NCBI GenBank assembly: GCA_021785065.1
Contig: JAJYGQ010000001.1
Coordinates: forward strand, 1 to 55,818
Direction of reading: 5' to 3'
DNA: 55,818 nucleotides
DNA from: a bacterium
GTDB lineage: Bacteria > Patescibacteriota > Minisyncoccia > Phycocordibacterales > JAKAEA01
In this document: one piece after another, positions 9,501 to 20,400 of the stretch
Layout: the number at the start of each line of letters is the position of its first letter
Numbering within the stretch: position 1 is the first letter of the stretch
Position numbers and translations under genes: made by a program
The notes under the pieces: model-generated
The model's database searches: none
What the model was told of the DNA's origin: nothing
The model's input: only the letters and a program-made list of their open reading frames with translations

Positions 9501-10277
9501 ATGTCTCCCATTTTTCTCATTGTCGTCGCGTTCATTCTCGGTACGATTATCGGCAGTTTCCTCAATGTGCTCATTTTACGCTGGAATACTGGTGAATCGA
9601 TTGCAGTAGATAGGTCGCGGTGTTTTTCGTGCGGCCGAACGTTGCGCTGGTACGAGCTCATTCCGGTATTTAGTTTTCTTATCCAGGGCGGGCGTTGTCG
9701 GACCTGCGCTAGTCGGATTAGTTGGCAATACCCTTTAGTAGAAATGGGAACAGGGGTACTTTTTGCGCTGGTCGCGTGGCTTTTTCCGCCGCTTTCGCTT
9801 GTGGCGATACTCGCTGATGCGTTGTATTTGGCAATAATAAGCACACTCATGGTGATTTCCGTCTATGACCTCCGCCACAAAATCATTCCCGATCTCCTTG
9901 CATATTTTTTTGCTTTTTTGAGCATCGTACTTATTTTATTGCAGGCCAGCGTCGGTGTTTTTAGCTGGTGGAGTATTGCGGCGGGACCACTTTTGGCGTT
10001 GCCGCTCTTTTTGCTCTGGCTTATCTCCGGCGGCCGGTGGATGGGTCTCGGAGATAGTAAGCTTATGCTTGGCATTGGCTGGTTTCTCGGTCTTAATGCC
10101 GGCGGCGCCGCGCTCGTGTTAGCGTTTTGGATTGGCGCGATTGTGGGCATTGTGCTTATTGCCGCGAAGCATTTACGCTTAAAAAGCGAAGTGCCATTTG
10201 CTCCCTTCTTAATCATCGGCGCTCTGCTGGTCTTCTTTACCGGCCTCACCTTTACCAGTCTCGCCCTGTTGCTATGA
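9501..10277 (+). CDS. pilD: Prepilin peptidase/N-methyltransferase
   Basis: IGSFLNV, RSRCFSC...GRCRTC zinc motif, YDLRHKIIPD and GLGDSKL catalytic Asp motifs. Confidence 0.95.
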   Translation: MSPIFLIVVAFILGTIIGSFLNVLILRWNTGESIAVDRSRCFSCGRTLRWYELIPVFSFLIQGGRCRTCASRISWQYPLVEMGTGVLFALVAWLFPPLSLVAILADALYLAIISTLMVISVYDLRHKIIPDLLAYFFAFLSIVLILLQASVGVFSWWSIAAGPLLALPLFLLWLISGGRWMGLGDSKLMLGIGWFLGLNAGGAALVLAFWIGAIVGIVLIAAKHLRLKSEVPFAPFLIIGALLVFFTGLTFTSLALLL

Positions 10278-10987
10278 GATTTTTAAAGAAACATAAAATA
10301 GCTGGCTTCACGCTTGTCGAGCTTATGGTCGCGGTTGGCATCTATATTTTAATGGCCGCCCTCCTTTTTGCCAATCAAAATAAATTTAATCACAGTTTGT
10401 CGTTTTCGAATCTTGGCTACGATGTTGCACTCACTATTCGCCAGGCGCAGACGTACGGTTTTGCGGTGCAGGGGGAAAATAACACTAGCAACGGCGTGAC
10501 ATCATTTAGTAATGCTTTCGGTGTTCATTTCGATGGTAGCCATCCTTCCAGCTTCATTCTTTTTTATGAGCCGATTGTGTCGCCGCTCGGTAGTTCCGGG
10601 GGCGGTAGTATTCCCTTGGCATATGATGCGTGTACTAATTCAACAAATGATCCTACCTGCGGCGCACATCAAAAAACCCTTTCTACCTATAATCTTCAAA
10701 ATAATTATACAATCGCCGCGCTCTGTAATGAATCGGGTACGGGGCCAAGTGGTACGTGTGGTAAAACATGTTATTCCGTTTCATCTGGTGGATCGGCGAA
10801 TAATTATCTCGATATTATTTTCCAACGCCCCAACATTAACGCGTTCATTTTTAATCAGGTTAATTCTTCATCGCCACTTCCTCAAGCATCTATTGAGTTG
10901 AAATCGCCCGAAGGGGAGGCAGAATGTATCAACGTATACAGCAGCGGCGATATTGAGGTAAGCACGACAACTACGGCGTTGCCGTAA
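10274..10987 (+). CDS. Minor pilin (FimT/FimU-like)
   Basis: AG/FTLVELMVAVGI; ATG 10274 overlaps the pilD stop; the track start at 10127 is too long. Confidence 0.85.
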   Translation: MRFLKKHKIAGFTLVELMVAVGIYILMAALLFANQNKFNHSLSFSNLGYDVALTIRQAQTYGFAVQGENNTSNGVTSFSNAFGVHFDGSHPSSFILFYEPIVSPLGSSGGGSIPLAYDACTNSTNDPTCGAHQKTLSTYNLQNNYTIAALCNESGTGPSGTCGKTCYSVSSGGSANNYLDIIFQRPNINAFIFNQVNSSSPLPQASIELKSPEGEAECINVYSSGDIEVSTTTTALP

Positions 10988-11001
10988 GGACGCATGTTAT
11001 T

Positions 11002-11637
11002 ATGAAAATGTTCATGAAGAAAAAAAACCTAATCGCTGGCTTCACTCTCATCGAGGTACTCATCTCACTCCTTATTTTTTCTATTATTATCACCATAGCG
11101 GTTGGCGCGCTTTTTTCAATGGTTGATGCAGGCGAAAAGTCACGCTCCATTAATTCAGTGATGGAAAATCTCGATACGGCCCTAGAAACTATGGCGGAGA
11201 CGGTTCGGAGCGGTAGTAATTACGCAGGGTATTCAGCGGTAGTTAATGGTTCGTCGGCAGGGACGTGTTCAAGTCTTCCTTCTTCTTTGTCGCAAGCTTC
11301 TCCCGCTCCCGCATTATCGCTCAGTGTCTCGCCAACATCGTACCTCAATTTAGGTTTGCCATCGGGACAAACAATTTCTAGTATTGTGTATGGTTTGCAA
11401 AACAATCAAATCGTTGAAAACATAAATTATCATTACGCTGATGGTACCACTCATTCTACTGTCATTCCGCTCACTGCCGCTGAAGTACACGTCACTAATC
11501 TTTCGTTTTGGTTAAGTAATTGTGGTGCTATTTCGCCAGCAAAAGCCACTGTGCTTATGGTCGTACAAGGCTTTGCTGAGACCCGACAAAATAATAAGGC
11601 AGATTTTAATATTCAAACGAGCATGACTGCTCGATAA
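11002..11637 (+). CDS. Minor pilin (PilW-like)
   Basis: AG/FTLIEVLISLLIF prepilin motif. Confidence 0.85.
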   Translation: MKMFMKKKNLIAGFTLIEVLISLLIFSIIITIAVGALFSMVDAGEKSRSINSVMENLDTALETMAETVRSGSNYAGYSAVVNGSSAGTCSSLPSSLSQASPAPALSLSVSPTSYLNLGLPSGQTISSIVYGLQNNQIVENINYHYADGTTHSTVIPLTAAEVHVTNLSFWLSNCGAISPAKATVLMVVQGFAETRQNNKADFNIQTSMTAR

Positions 11638-11642
11638 GTTCT

Positions 11643-12293
11643 ATGAATTTATCTCATCACCATCATACAAAAGGATTTACGCTCATAGAGACGCTCATCT
11701 CGCTCCTTATTGTTGGTCTAGCTGTTACGGTAGCGACGGCAGCATTGCAAAGTAGTTTGCAGACTTCAGATTTCGTTGCCAATCAAATCACCGCTCGCTA
11801 CCTAGCCGAAGATGCTATGGAATATGTGCTTGCCCTTAGGGATGCTGGGGCCGCGACACCGCAGGGCTGGATGAATAATTTGATGCAGTGTGTTAATACC
11901 ACAGACACTGTAAACAATGGGGGAGTATTGTGTACTGTTGATACCTATAATCACACGCTACAAACGTACGGTACTTTTCCCGTGGCCGACTTAGGAACAA
12001 CATCAGTGACGGTATTACCGGGTCCGATTCCGTCGCTTGATGAGTGCTCTGTGTCTGCTAATGGTACCACCGTCAATGTTTTTGAACAAAATACTAATTG
12101 CACAAAATCAAAATTTACTAGAACAGTAAGTATTACTCCTGTTCAGCTTCTGCCTGGTATCTCGAGCAGTGATATGAATGCGTACAACGAAGCAGTAGTA
12201 ACCGTAAAGGTCAGTTGGGGCAGTGGTCCATTTTCTTCCGCCGAGTCGTACACGCTCTCCGAAGATATTTATAATTGGCAACCACCGCAATGA
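11643..12293 (+). CDS. Minor pilin (PilV-like)
   Basis: KG/FTLIETLISLLIV; C-terminal FTRTVSI...VTVKVSW. Confidence 0.85.
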   Translation: MNLSHHHHTKGFTLIETLISLLIVGLAVTVATAALQSSLQTSDFVANQITARYLAEDAMEYVLALRDAGAATPQGWMNNLMQCVNTTDTVNNGGVLCTVDTYNHTLQTYGTFPVADLGTTSVTVLPGPIPSLDECSVSANGTTVNVFEQNTNCTKSKFTRTVSITPVQLLPGISSSDMNAYNEAVVTVKVSWGSGPFSSAESYTLSEDIYNWQPPQ

Positions 12294-13747
12294 GAAATCG
12301 CTTCACAAAAAAAGGCTTCGCTCTTCTGTATGCTATGCTCGTCGTGGGCGCGATGATGAGTTTAGTTTTTGGAATTTTAAATATTGTCTTCAAACAAATT
12401 TCTCTCTCGGGCGTCAATAGAAATTCGGCGGTGGCTTTTTATTCCGCCGAGAGCGGCCTGGAGTGTGGTCGTTACTGGAGCACCTATGGCGCGTTTAATC
12501 CTGGTAATCCTGTTGTTTCGATGGCCATGCTCTCCACCTCTCCCTTCTCCACTATTGAATGTCTCGGTAACCCAATTGGAAGTGTCTCGTCCCAAGGCGT
12601 CGGTACTTGTCTAGGAAATACAGGTCAAAATTGCTCTCTGGTGAGCAACGGTGCCACCACTCTTATAAATCAAAATCTTAATGGTATTACTAATCCAGCC
12701 GGTTCGATTACTGATCCCACTACTGGGTTAACTGTGAATTTTTACGGCAACTACTTTACCTATGATCTGAGTAAGGCATATAGCAACTTAACCCCGTCGC
12801 CCCAAGCGCAGGTGAACATTTGGCAGTCAGATCAATTTGTTCCAACAGCTGCAGTTGCAACCACCACCACCGTTTTGTCTGCTGGTCAGACTGGTCTCGG
12901 ACCAACCGAAGTGCAGCGCGGTGCTGGTGAAATTGCCGGCATTCAACAGTGTCTCGCCCCCGCGTTTACGTACAACGTATATAATCCCTACTCTGGTGGT
13001 ACTGATGCTTATTATCCAACGCATTATACAAGTAATCAGAATTTTTCTTCAGCAGCCACTTCTTATTTTCCTGGTGTAAGTATTTCAAGTTTTGAAAATA
13101 ATGATTTTCCTAATACTTTAGGTCTCAAAGTCGGAACTCCCGCATTCGACTACCTTGCCTATCAGCCAGTCGATAATTGGTCGTTTACCTCGTCTAATTC
13201 TAATTTTTCTAACACAACACTTACACTTTCAGCGGTTCCTTTATCGGTAGGACCCTCAGTGAGTTCTTCATATGAATATAAATTTGGTTACTATTCAACT
13301 ACCGGTCTAACCTCAGGGCGAGGTGTTGATTATGCAACAACTACTGGGTTTGTAACGCTATACGACAGCAAAACAGGTGCAACACCCCAGACAATAGCGG
13401 CGGGTACTAAAAATATACACTTTGCGTTGTATATATTGAATACAGACGGAAAAACTACTCATGCGTTTTGGTCTACTAACGCTGCTGACGACTACTACAA
13501 CGGCACATATTTTGATGGCAATAATGGTAATAATCTCGGTGATACTAATAGTGTTAACGGTACCACCGGCTACAACCACGTCATCGTCCTTGCGACGCCA
13601 ATGCCGGGTAATATCAATGCTAATCCTAATAATTCATACACCCTTCTTTCGGGCAAATACGTTTTTGGATTCGGCGGGGTTACAGGAAGCTCGCCAACGA
13701 CCTACAGCGGTCTCATTATAGCCCTCCAACTCGACGGGTGCCCGTAA
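12290..13747 (+). CDS. PilX/GspK-like minor pilin with long C-terminal extension
   Basis: KG/FALLYAMLV lacking Glu5; AFYSAESGLE PilX motif; about 485 aa. Confidence 0.75.
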   Translation: MRNRFTKKGFALLYAMLVVGAMMSLVFGILNIVFKQISLSGVNRNSAVAFYSAESGLECGRYWSTYGAFNPGNPVVSMAMLSTSPFSTIECLGNPIGSVSSQGVGTCLGNTGQNCSLVSNGATTLINQNLNGITNPAGSITDPTTGLTVNFYGNYFTYDLSKAYSNLTPSPQAQVNIWQSDQFVPTAAVATTTTVLSAGQTGLGPTEVQRGAGEIAGIQQCLAPAFTYNVYNPYSGGTDAYYPTHYTSNQNFSSAATSYFPGVSISSFENNDFPNTLGLKVGTPAFDYLAYQPVDNWSFTSSNSNFSNTTLTLSAVPLSVGPSVSSSYEYKFGYYSTTGLTSGRGVDYATTTGFVTLYDSKTGATPQTIAAGTKNIHFALYILNTDGKTTHAFWSTNAADDYYNGTYFDGNNGNNLGDTNSVNGTTGYNHVIVLATPMPGNINANPNNSYTLLSGKYVFGFGGVTGSSPTTYSGLIIALQLDGCP

Positions 13748-13807
13748 TACTCTGAATATCTATATCTAGGCGATACCTGAGCGCGGGGTGGGGTAAAAAA
13801 TATTGTG

Positions 13808-13867
13808 TGTGGATAACTGCAGCGACCGCAGGCGTGCTAGCGGGGTACAATTGCAGTATTACTATAT
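13808..13867 (+). repeat. 60-nt promoter repeat copy 1 (DnaA box plus -10)
   Basis: 57/60 identical to 17336-17395; begins TGTGGATAA (reverse DnaA box); TACAAT at 13846-13851. Confidence 0.9.
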
Positions 13868-13879
13868 TTACCCATTACA

Positions 13880-16800
13880 ATGTCTTTTAAAAAGCATCTC
13901 GGTCTCATTTCTCTATTTTCTCTCTTTGCTATTTTGCCGATTAGTGCTTATGCGCAGAGCAATAGTACTTCTACACCGTCTAATACCAGCAGTTCGTCGC
14001 CGACAAATACGGCCAGTTGCTTTGATTACTATCATTTTGATAGTGTACAAGTAAATTTAACAAGCACATCGACGACAGTTGTTCCCGGTTCCAATATAAC
14101 TTTTACTGGTCACCTTATTAACAATAATTCATATCCGATTGTTGATGGCTCTGTGTACGTTAAGGTCTTTCGTCTTGACCAAAACATGAGCGTTGCTGAT
14201 CCTAATGGTCCACAAGTCGTCGATCAATTTATGGCGGCCGACCAGCTTAATCTTGCTGCTGGAAGTTCTACACCATTTGCATTCACTTGGCATGTACCAC
14301 AACAAACCATTACTGGTAACTATCAAATTGCTACCTTCTTTCAAACAGCTGACTCGTTCGAAGTGACCGGTTTAACATTTACTAACGATGTGATAGGGAA
14401 TACTGTTAATTTTGCTGTTCAGAGTCCACTTAAAAAAGTAGTTGGGTTTGATAAGACATCGGTAAAAGTTGACGGTAGTCCATACTTTTTCGCGACACCA
14501 CCACCGTTGGTTACTAACGGAGTAGCGACGGTTACTGCCACACTCGTCAATCCGACTGCTAATACAGTAACAGTTCCTGTTACATGGAGTGTCTATTCTT
14601 GGGATGGTCTTTCGTCAAGTCGCTTGATTTCTACAAGTAATACTTCAGTGAATATTCCAGCAGGAAAGAATGCTCCGGTCACTCTTACGATAAGCGATAC
14701 TTCTCATGCGGTTTATTATGTCGTAGCAGAAGCTGATTATAAAGATAGTAAGTCGTTTTTAGATATTCGTTTTGTCCGACCGTCAGTAAGTGAAACCAGA
14801 ATGTCCTTTGCTGGTTTAGCATCACCATTTCCATTACAGGCTGGCGCTACCTCAACTATCTTTGCGTGTGTTCATGGTATGACACAGGATGTGCCTTCGG
14901 GTGGTAAGGTGGTACTTTCTCTCGCTGATAACCAAGGTAACCCTATTACAAGCTATACTTATCAAGGTGGTATTACGGGTAATGTTATGGGTGTGAAAGA
15001 TACTTTTATACCTACAAAATCTTATAGTAATGTTACGCTTACTGCCGCACTTTATCAAAATGGTAGTTTGGTTTCTTCGCATAGCTTAACGTATGCTTGT
15101 AAAGCCATTGATCCATCAGCATGTCCGCAGTCGAGTTCGTCTTCACTATTTGGTAATCCTTTATTCGATACCCTGATCGCTCTTATTCTTATCATCATTA
15201 TTATTCTTGTGTGGTTGTTACGAAAAAAGAAACCGTCTATTCCTATTACTCCCATTACGCTTTTCTTCATCGCGGCGGTTGGTTTTACTGTTTTTTCTGT
15301 ACCACATGCAGCACACGCTGATTCAGTAGTGTGGGCAAATAACTTTCCTTACCAGTACAATTTAGATACTTATGTGGATATGAATCCTACTGGTGTTATC
15401 TGTTGGAAATGGGGGGCAAGTCAGAATTGGAAAATTAACCTATCGGATGTTATGAGTAATCCAGGTGCCTCTATTACTTATAATGCTTCGGTTATTAATG
15501 CAGCAACGGGGGCGGTTTTACCTGACAATGCAACAGTAGCCGCTGGAACAAAACTAATTTTTAAATTTGCGCCACATCAATATAATAATGTGTTCTGGTG
15601 GGGTACAGGTTACTATTACGGAACTCCGTATGGTATGTGGATGCCAAACGCTGCAATGCCATCCAGTAGTGACTTAGGAACGACCCCCTATTACTTTGAT
15701 GCTGCAGCATATGGTGGTGGAGAATGTAATTCTCCCGCAGAATATGTATATATTGGTTTATCTGTTGCTCCACCAGTACAACAGGTAACGTTTAGCGGCG
15801 CTGGTTCGAATGGGCTTACTTGTGGTGCACCTGGAGCAGATGGAAGTGTTACTTGTACAGTAAATTCTGGTGGTCCGATAATGGCAAGGTTTAATTTCAG
15901 TTCCACACAAGGAAATTTCTACGGAGAAATAGGAAATGCTTCTAATGGCAATGGAACTATTTATACTGCTGAAGTCCCGTTAACTAATGGTCAAGCCATT
16001 TCTATCCCATCTCAAGATATCTGGATTCCTCTAAACGTACAACCACCCCCTGTATCAGCCAGCATGAGCCTCGTAACGCCTGAGCCAATTTATACCAACC
16101 AACCCTTCACGCTTCACTGGAGTTCAACCAATGCTGATACATGTACGCCAAGTGGTACGGGATTCTCGACAAATTATAACGGCACCACGAATGCTCCCAA
16201 CGGATTTAACTCACCGCAAGTTTCTACTGCTGGTACTTATAATTACTTTGTAACGTGTACCCAACAATCTACCGGTATTACTCAAAAATCTAATGTTATT
16301 TCTGTAAATGTTACTGCACCACCAGCACCAATATCAGTCACTCCTACATGCTCAGCAAATAACACTGCGGTTACTTTGTCGTGGCCGGCGGTCGCGGGAG
16401 CCAGTCATTATATAGTGCAAACTGCTAGTACGAGCATAACACTCAACGAGACATCGCCAACTATTTCTGCTGGTCCGATTAGTATAAATCCCAATATTTC
16501 CTACAACTATAATGTTGCGGCTGACAATACTTCTTGGGAAGTGATGGCTTCAAAGACTGGTTCATTTACTTGTCCGTCAACTGTTCCCCCTGCACCCACT
16601 CCCACTGCTTCACTTTCTGTCTCAACGGGTGGAACGCAGCCAAAGACCTCTATTACTGTCGCAACGGGAACACCGGTGACATTCACCTGGGGATCAACCA
16701 ATGCCACGAGCTGTACTGGTCAGACCCCCCAGACTCCTGCTGGGGCCCCGATCTTCTCGACGGGGGGTAAAACAAGCGGATCTGTTCCACTTACCTTCAA

Positions 16801-17323
16801 TACGCCTAACACATACCAATATTCGGTAACCTGTTCGAATGCGTCTAGCGGTGCTTCCGCATCTGCTTCCGCATCCGCATCAAAGACATCGCCGCCGGTA
16901 ACGATCATTGTTACTCCATACCCGACACCTGTGCCGAATCCCAATCCTAACCCTAATCCTAACCCAAATCCAAATCCTAACCCGAACCCCACTCCCACCA
17001 AGCCAAGCTTAACATTCAGCAATAATAATTCCTGCACGCCAACACTGAGTTGGACAGCAGACATTGTGCCAGGGATAACTTGTACTATGAGCAATTCGCT
17101 GAACGACTCAGCGTGGAATGGCATTCTCCAAAATGGTAGCGGTTCAGATTATGTGATTGGCCAAGGATTCACTCCTCAGCAATTTGACGGTGCCACCTAC
17201 TCACTTTCGTGTAAAAATGGCAATGGCGACATGGCTTCGGCTCCCGCAGTGACGGTCAGTGTGCCAAGCTCATGCATCACTATCAGTGGCTCTGGCGGCG
17301 GTAACACCTTCACGCCGTTCTAA
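13880..17323 (+). CDS. Large secreted/surface protein with Ig-like modules, internal TM plus signal peptide, (NP)n linker
   Basis: N-terminal signal (SAYA), TM-RKKK-hydrophobic-AHA at aa 428-480, T/S/P/G-rich beta-sandwich repeats with paired Cys. Confidence 0.8.
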   Translation: MSFKKHLGLISLFSLFAILPISAYAQSNSTSTPSNTSSSSPTNTASCFDYYHFDSVQVNLTSTSTTVVPGSNITFTGHLINNNSYPIVDGSVYVKVFRLDQNMSVADPNGPQVVDQFMAADQLNLAAGSSTPFAFTWHVPQQTITGNYQIATFFQTADSFEVTGLTFTNDVIGNTVNFAVQSPLKKVVGFDKTSVKVDGSPYFFATPPPLVTNGVATVTATLVNPTANTVTVPVTWSVYSWDGLSSSRLISTSNTSVNIPAGKNAPVTLTISDTSHAVYYVVAEADYKDSKSFLDIRFVRPSVSETRMSFAGLASPFPLQAGATSTIFACVHGMTQDVPSGGKVVLSLADNQGNPITSYTYQGGITGNVMGVKDTFIPTKSYSNVTLTAALYQNGSLVSSHSLTYACKAIDPSACPQSSSSSLFGNPLFDTLIALILIIIIILVWLLRKKKPSIPITPITLFFIAAVGFTVFSVPHAAHADSVVWANNFPYQYNLDTYVDMNPTGVICWKWGASQNWKINLSDVMSNPGASITYNASVINAATGAVLPDNATVAAGTKLIFKFAPHQYNNVFWWGTGYYYGTPYGMWMPNAAMPSSSDLGTTPYYFDAAAYGGGECNSPAEYVYIGLSVAPPVQQVTFSGAGSNGLTCGAPGADGSVTCTVNSGGPIMARFNFSSTQGNFYGEIGNASNGNGTIYTAEVPLTNGQAISIPSQDIWIPLNVQPPPVSASMSLVTPEPIYTNQPFTLHWSSTNADTCTPSGTGFSTNYNGTTNAPNGFNSPQVSTAGTYNYFVTCTQQSTGITQKSNVISVNVTAPPAPISVTPTCSANNTAVTLSWPAVAGASHYIVQTASTSITLNETSPTISAGPISINPNISYNYNVAADNTSWEVMASKTGSFTCPSTVPPAPTPTASLSVSTGGTQPKTSITVATGTPVTFTWGSTNATSCTGQTPQTPAGAPIFSTGGKTSGSVPLTFNTPNTYQYSVTCSNASSGASASASASASKTSPPVTIIVTPYPTPVPNPNPNPNPNPNPNPNPNPTPTKPSLTFSNNNSCTPTLSWTADIVPGITCTMSNSLNDSAWNGILQNGSGSDYVIGQGFTPQQFDGATYSLSCKNGNGDMASAPAVTVSVPSSCITISGSGGGNTFTPF

Positions 17324-17335
17324 GGCCACATATTT

Positions 17336-17395
17336 TGTGGATAACTGCAGTGACCGCAGGCGTGTTAGCGGGGTACAATTACAGTATTACTATAT
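17336..17395 (+). repeat. 60-nt promoter repeat copy 2 (DnaA box plus -10)
   Basis: 57/60 identical to 13808-13867; TACAAT at 17374-17379. Confidence 0.9.
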
Positions 17396-17405
17396 CTTAC
17401 AAAAT

Positions 17406-20400
17406 ATGAGCTTATATAAGGGTTGTCTTCTCGCGTCTTTTCTCGCTATCATTGCACTTGTTGTGCCGTCAGTCGTGTTTGCACAGACTTCAACATCCAC
17501 AACTCAAGCGAGGGCACTTGATCAGGTTACGCAGCTATATGTTCAAAACCTAAAACTTAATGCAACAAGTTATAAGGCAGGAGATACAGTACAAGGAAGT
17601 TTTTCTCTTGTTGATGATAATACTATTGATGCCTCAAATGTTTATTATCGTGTTGCGTACATGGGTAATTATACCGGTCATAATCTTCCCCAGTATCAAT
17701 ATTTTACAGGAAATATCGTGGGCCCTATTTTTGTTCCAGCTACTGGCGCAACTCACGAAACATTCTCTTTTACCTTACCTAATATACAAGTAGGTACTAG
17801 TAGTGTTGGTATTGAAGTCCAGGCGCTTAACCAAGCGGGACGGCTCTATAGTTGGGATGATGCGCAGTTTACTCTTATTAAGGGGGGGAACGTACCGACA
17901 CTAAATGTCTCTAGTGTCTTCCTTAAGGTTGGTACAACCACTTTTTCTCCTACAACAGGTCCTACAATATTCAGTGATGAAACTGGTCAACTCGTGGCGA
18001 AACTATATAATCCGGGCAATGCGAGTGTCACAGTTACTCCTCAAATTTCTATTTATAATCGAGTTATTGGTACGTCAGTTCTCCTTGCAACCCCATCATT
18101 GCCTGTTACAGTGACTCCTCAACATACGGCTACTGTTACCTACTCTCTACCAACCTTTCATAATACTCCTGGTGTTTATGCGGGTACCCTCGATTTTACT
18201 GATGCACAAAATGTTGTTCGTTCAGCACAATATCAATTTCGTTATATTGTTCCTGGTGCTATAGCGACTATTCAGTCGGTTCTCTTGAATCCTATGAATC
18301 AGGTGCGTGCCAATCAACCGGTTCAGGTGACTATTGTGTACACAGGAGCACCCGATAACATCTTAACCTATCAAAGTGCTAATCAAGGTCAGGGACAAAT
18401 AAGCACTACACTCTATGATCGCGACGGCACAAAACTTTCTCAGGCTACAACGACCGGATCACTCAACGGTACGGTCAAAAAAAATGTTACTCTTACTCCT
18501 GAACAGGCGGGACAAGGTCTTTTTGTTAAAGTAGTTATTAGTAAAAATGGTAAGGTGTTAAGTACCTACACTACTGTGTCACCCCCAGCTCTCGCTTCTC
18601 ACACTAGTTCACTTACGGGTTTATGGTATTTACTTGCTTCGATGACTATTCTCGGTGTCCTTATAGGATATCTCTGGTGGAAGAAAAAGCGTGGTTCTGC
18701 AATTCCACTTGCTATTCTCTTTGTCGTTATTATGTTTACATTTCCTTCCGTAACTCCTGTACACGCTGAAACACTTAGTACTGACGCTTGTACGCAAGGT
18801 ATGGTGGGAGCGTGTTTTGATGGCTGGACGTATACAAATATCGTCAATACTTACGGCGACTATTATCCAGGATATTACCTCCTCACTCCCGATGATATCA
18901 CTCTCTATGGCGATCCTCTCGGATGGCCAATGGGTTCTGCTGGTGATGGTATTGTCGTAGGAGAGGGGGAGACATTCGATGTTCCTCTTTTTGTAAATGC
19001 AAACACCTGTCTTAATTCAGCTGAGCAGATAACAGGCAGTGCTACGTTTAATGGCCAAACAAACTCTTTTCAGAGTAGTTTTACTGCCCAAGCTTCATCA
19101 ACAGATCATTCTACTTATGCGCAGACAGATTATCTTAATGCGGGTACGTACGTTGCTCCCACAACTCCTGGGACATATCAAGTAAAATTTTCAATAACTA
19201 ATACGTGGTTAAATGGTGGACCTAATGGCATTCCAGTGTATACAACAGTCTATGGATATTTAAATGTATATGTTATTGCACCGGCATCAGGATCATCAAT
19301 CACTGCTCAGGGAGAATGCAATCCTTACGATAATAATTATCCCGCTATTCAGGTTGGGTTGCCAGGTAGTGCGTATGCAGGCCCCACTCTCGTTAGTGCA
19401 GGTTGGCTTAATTACAATCTAGATGTTTCTACTGATAATTTTCAATCACCAAATTACTGGTGGGAGCAAATTAATACGGCGTACGCAGTTTCTATTTATC
19501 CATTACTTATTGAAGCGGGTGGTTACAATGATCCTAACTTTTTTATGCCAAATAATAATCAAGGTAATCTATATCTTTTACCTGGTACCACCTATTATCT
19601 CCGTATGGATGATCCGGGTGTTAGTTACGGAACTTCTATATCGACAACAATACCCGGTAATTGTGCAGTGCCGCCCGTTCCCGTAGTGACACTTACTGCT
19701 TCATCTTCTTCAATAACACTTGGCTCGAGTGATTTGCTTACTTGGACATCAATAAACGTGCAATCATGTAATAGTGCTTTCTCTTCTTCTAGTGCTACGA
19801 ATGGTTCTGCTTCTGTAACGCCTTCTCAGACGGGAACATCAACGTATACTATAACGTGTGTAGATTCTAGTGGAAACGATGTGAGTTCATCAGCAAGTAT
19901 TGATGTGGTAAGTGCACCCCCACCCCCACCACCATCTGTTACCCTTACCCCAACCAGTCAAACAATCATTCTTGGTCAGAGTGCCTCTATTTCATCAACG
20001 GTAACAGCAACATCACCTGCAACTATTTCATCATGTACTCTATCAAGTGGTGGTACTTCTCAAACAGTTACACCTAATACGCTTATTTCAGAGGCACCTA
20101 CACAACTAGGAGATACGAGTTATTCGATGACGTGTACAGACTCTAACGGTAATTCTGCTACCGCACCCTCAACAATTACTACAGTTTTGCCGACATTCTC
20201 ATTTACTGCTCCAACGAGTCCGGTTCCATCGAATACCTCCTTTAATCTACAGTGGAATTTTACGACACCCTCTGGTCTTACTATGCGCGTGCCGCATCCT
20301 TCCTTGTGGCAAAATATGTTGGCGACGCTTGGTCTAGAACCCGCTCCCGCATATGCCGCAACATCAGGAGACACATTCACCTGTGATCTTTCTTGGAGTA

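Noticed and set aside
16930-16995. (NP)n hexamer run as a phase-variable SSR
   Set aside because: Codons vary synonymously (CCG/CCC/CCT/CCA, AAT/AAC) and the unit is a multiple of 3, so it is a protein linker
8265-17344. oriC suggested by DnaA boxes
   Set aside because: Boxes are single and dispersed in promoters, with no cluster, unwinding element or dnaA/dnaN nearby
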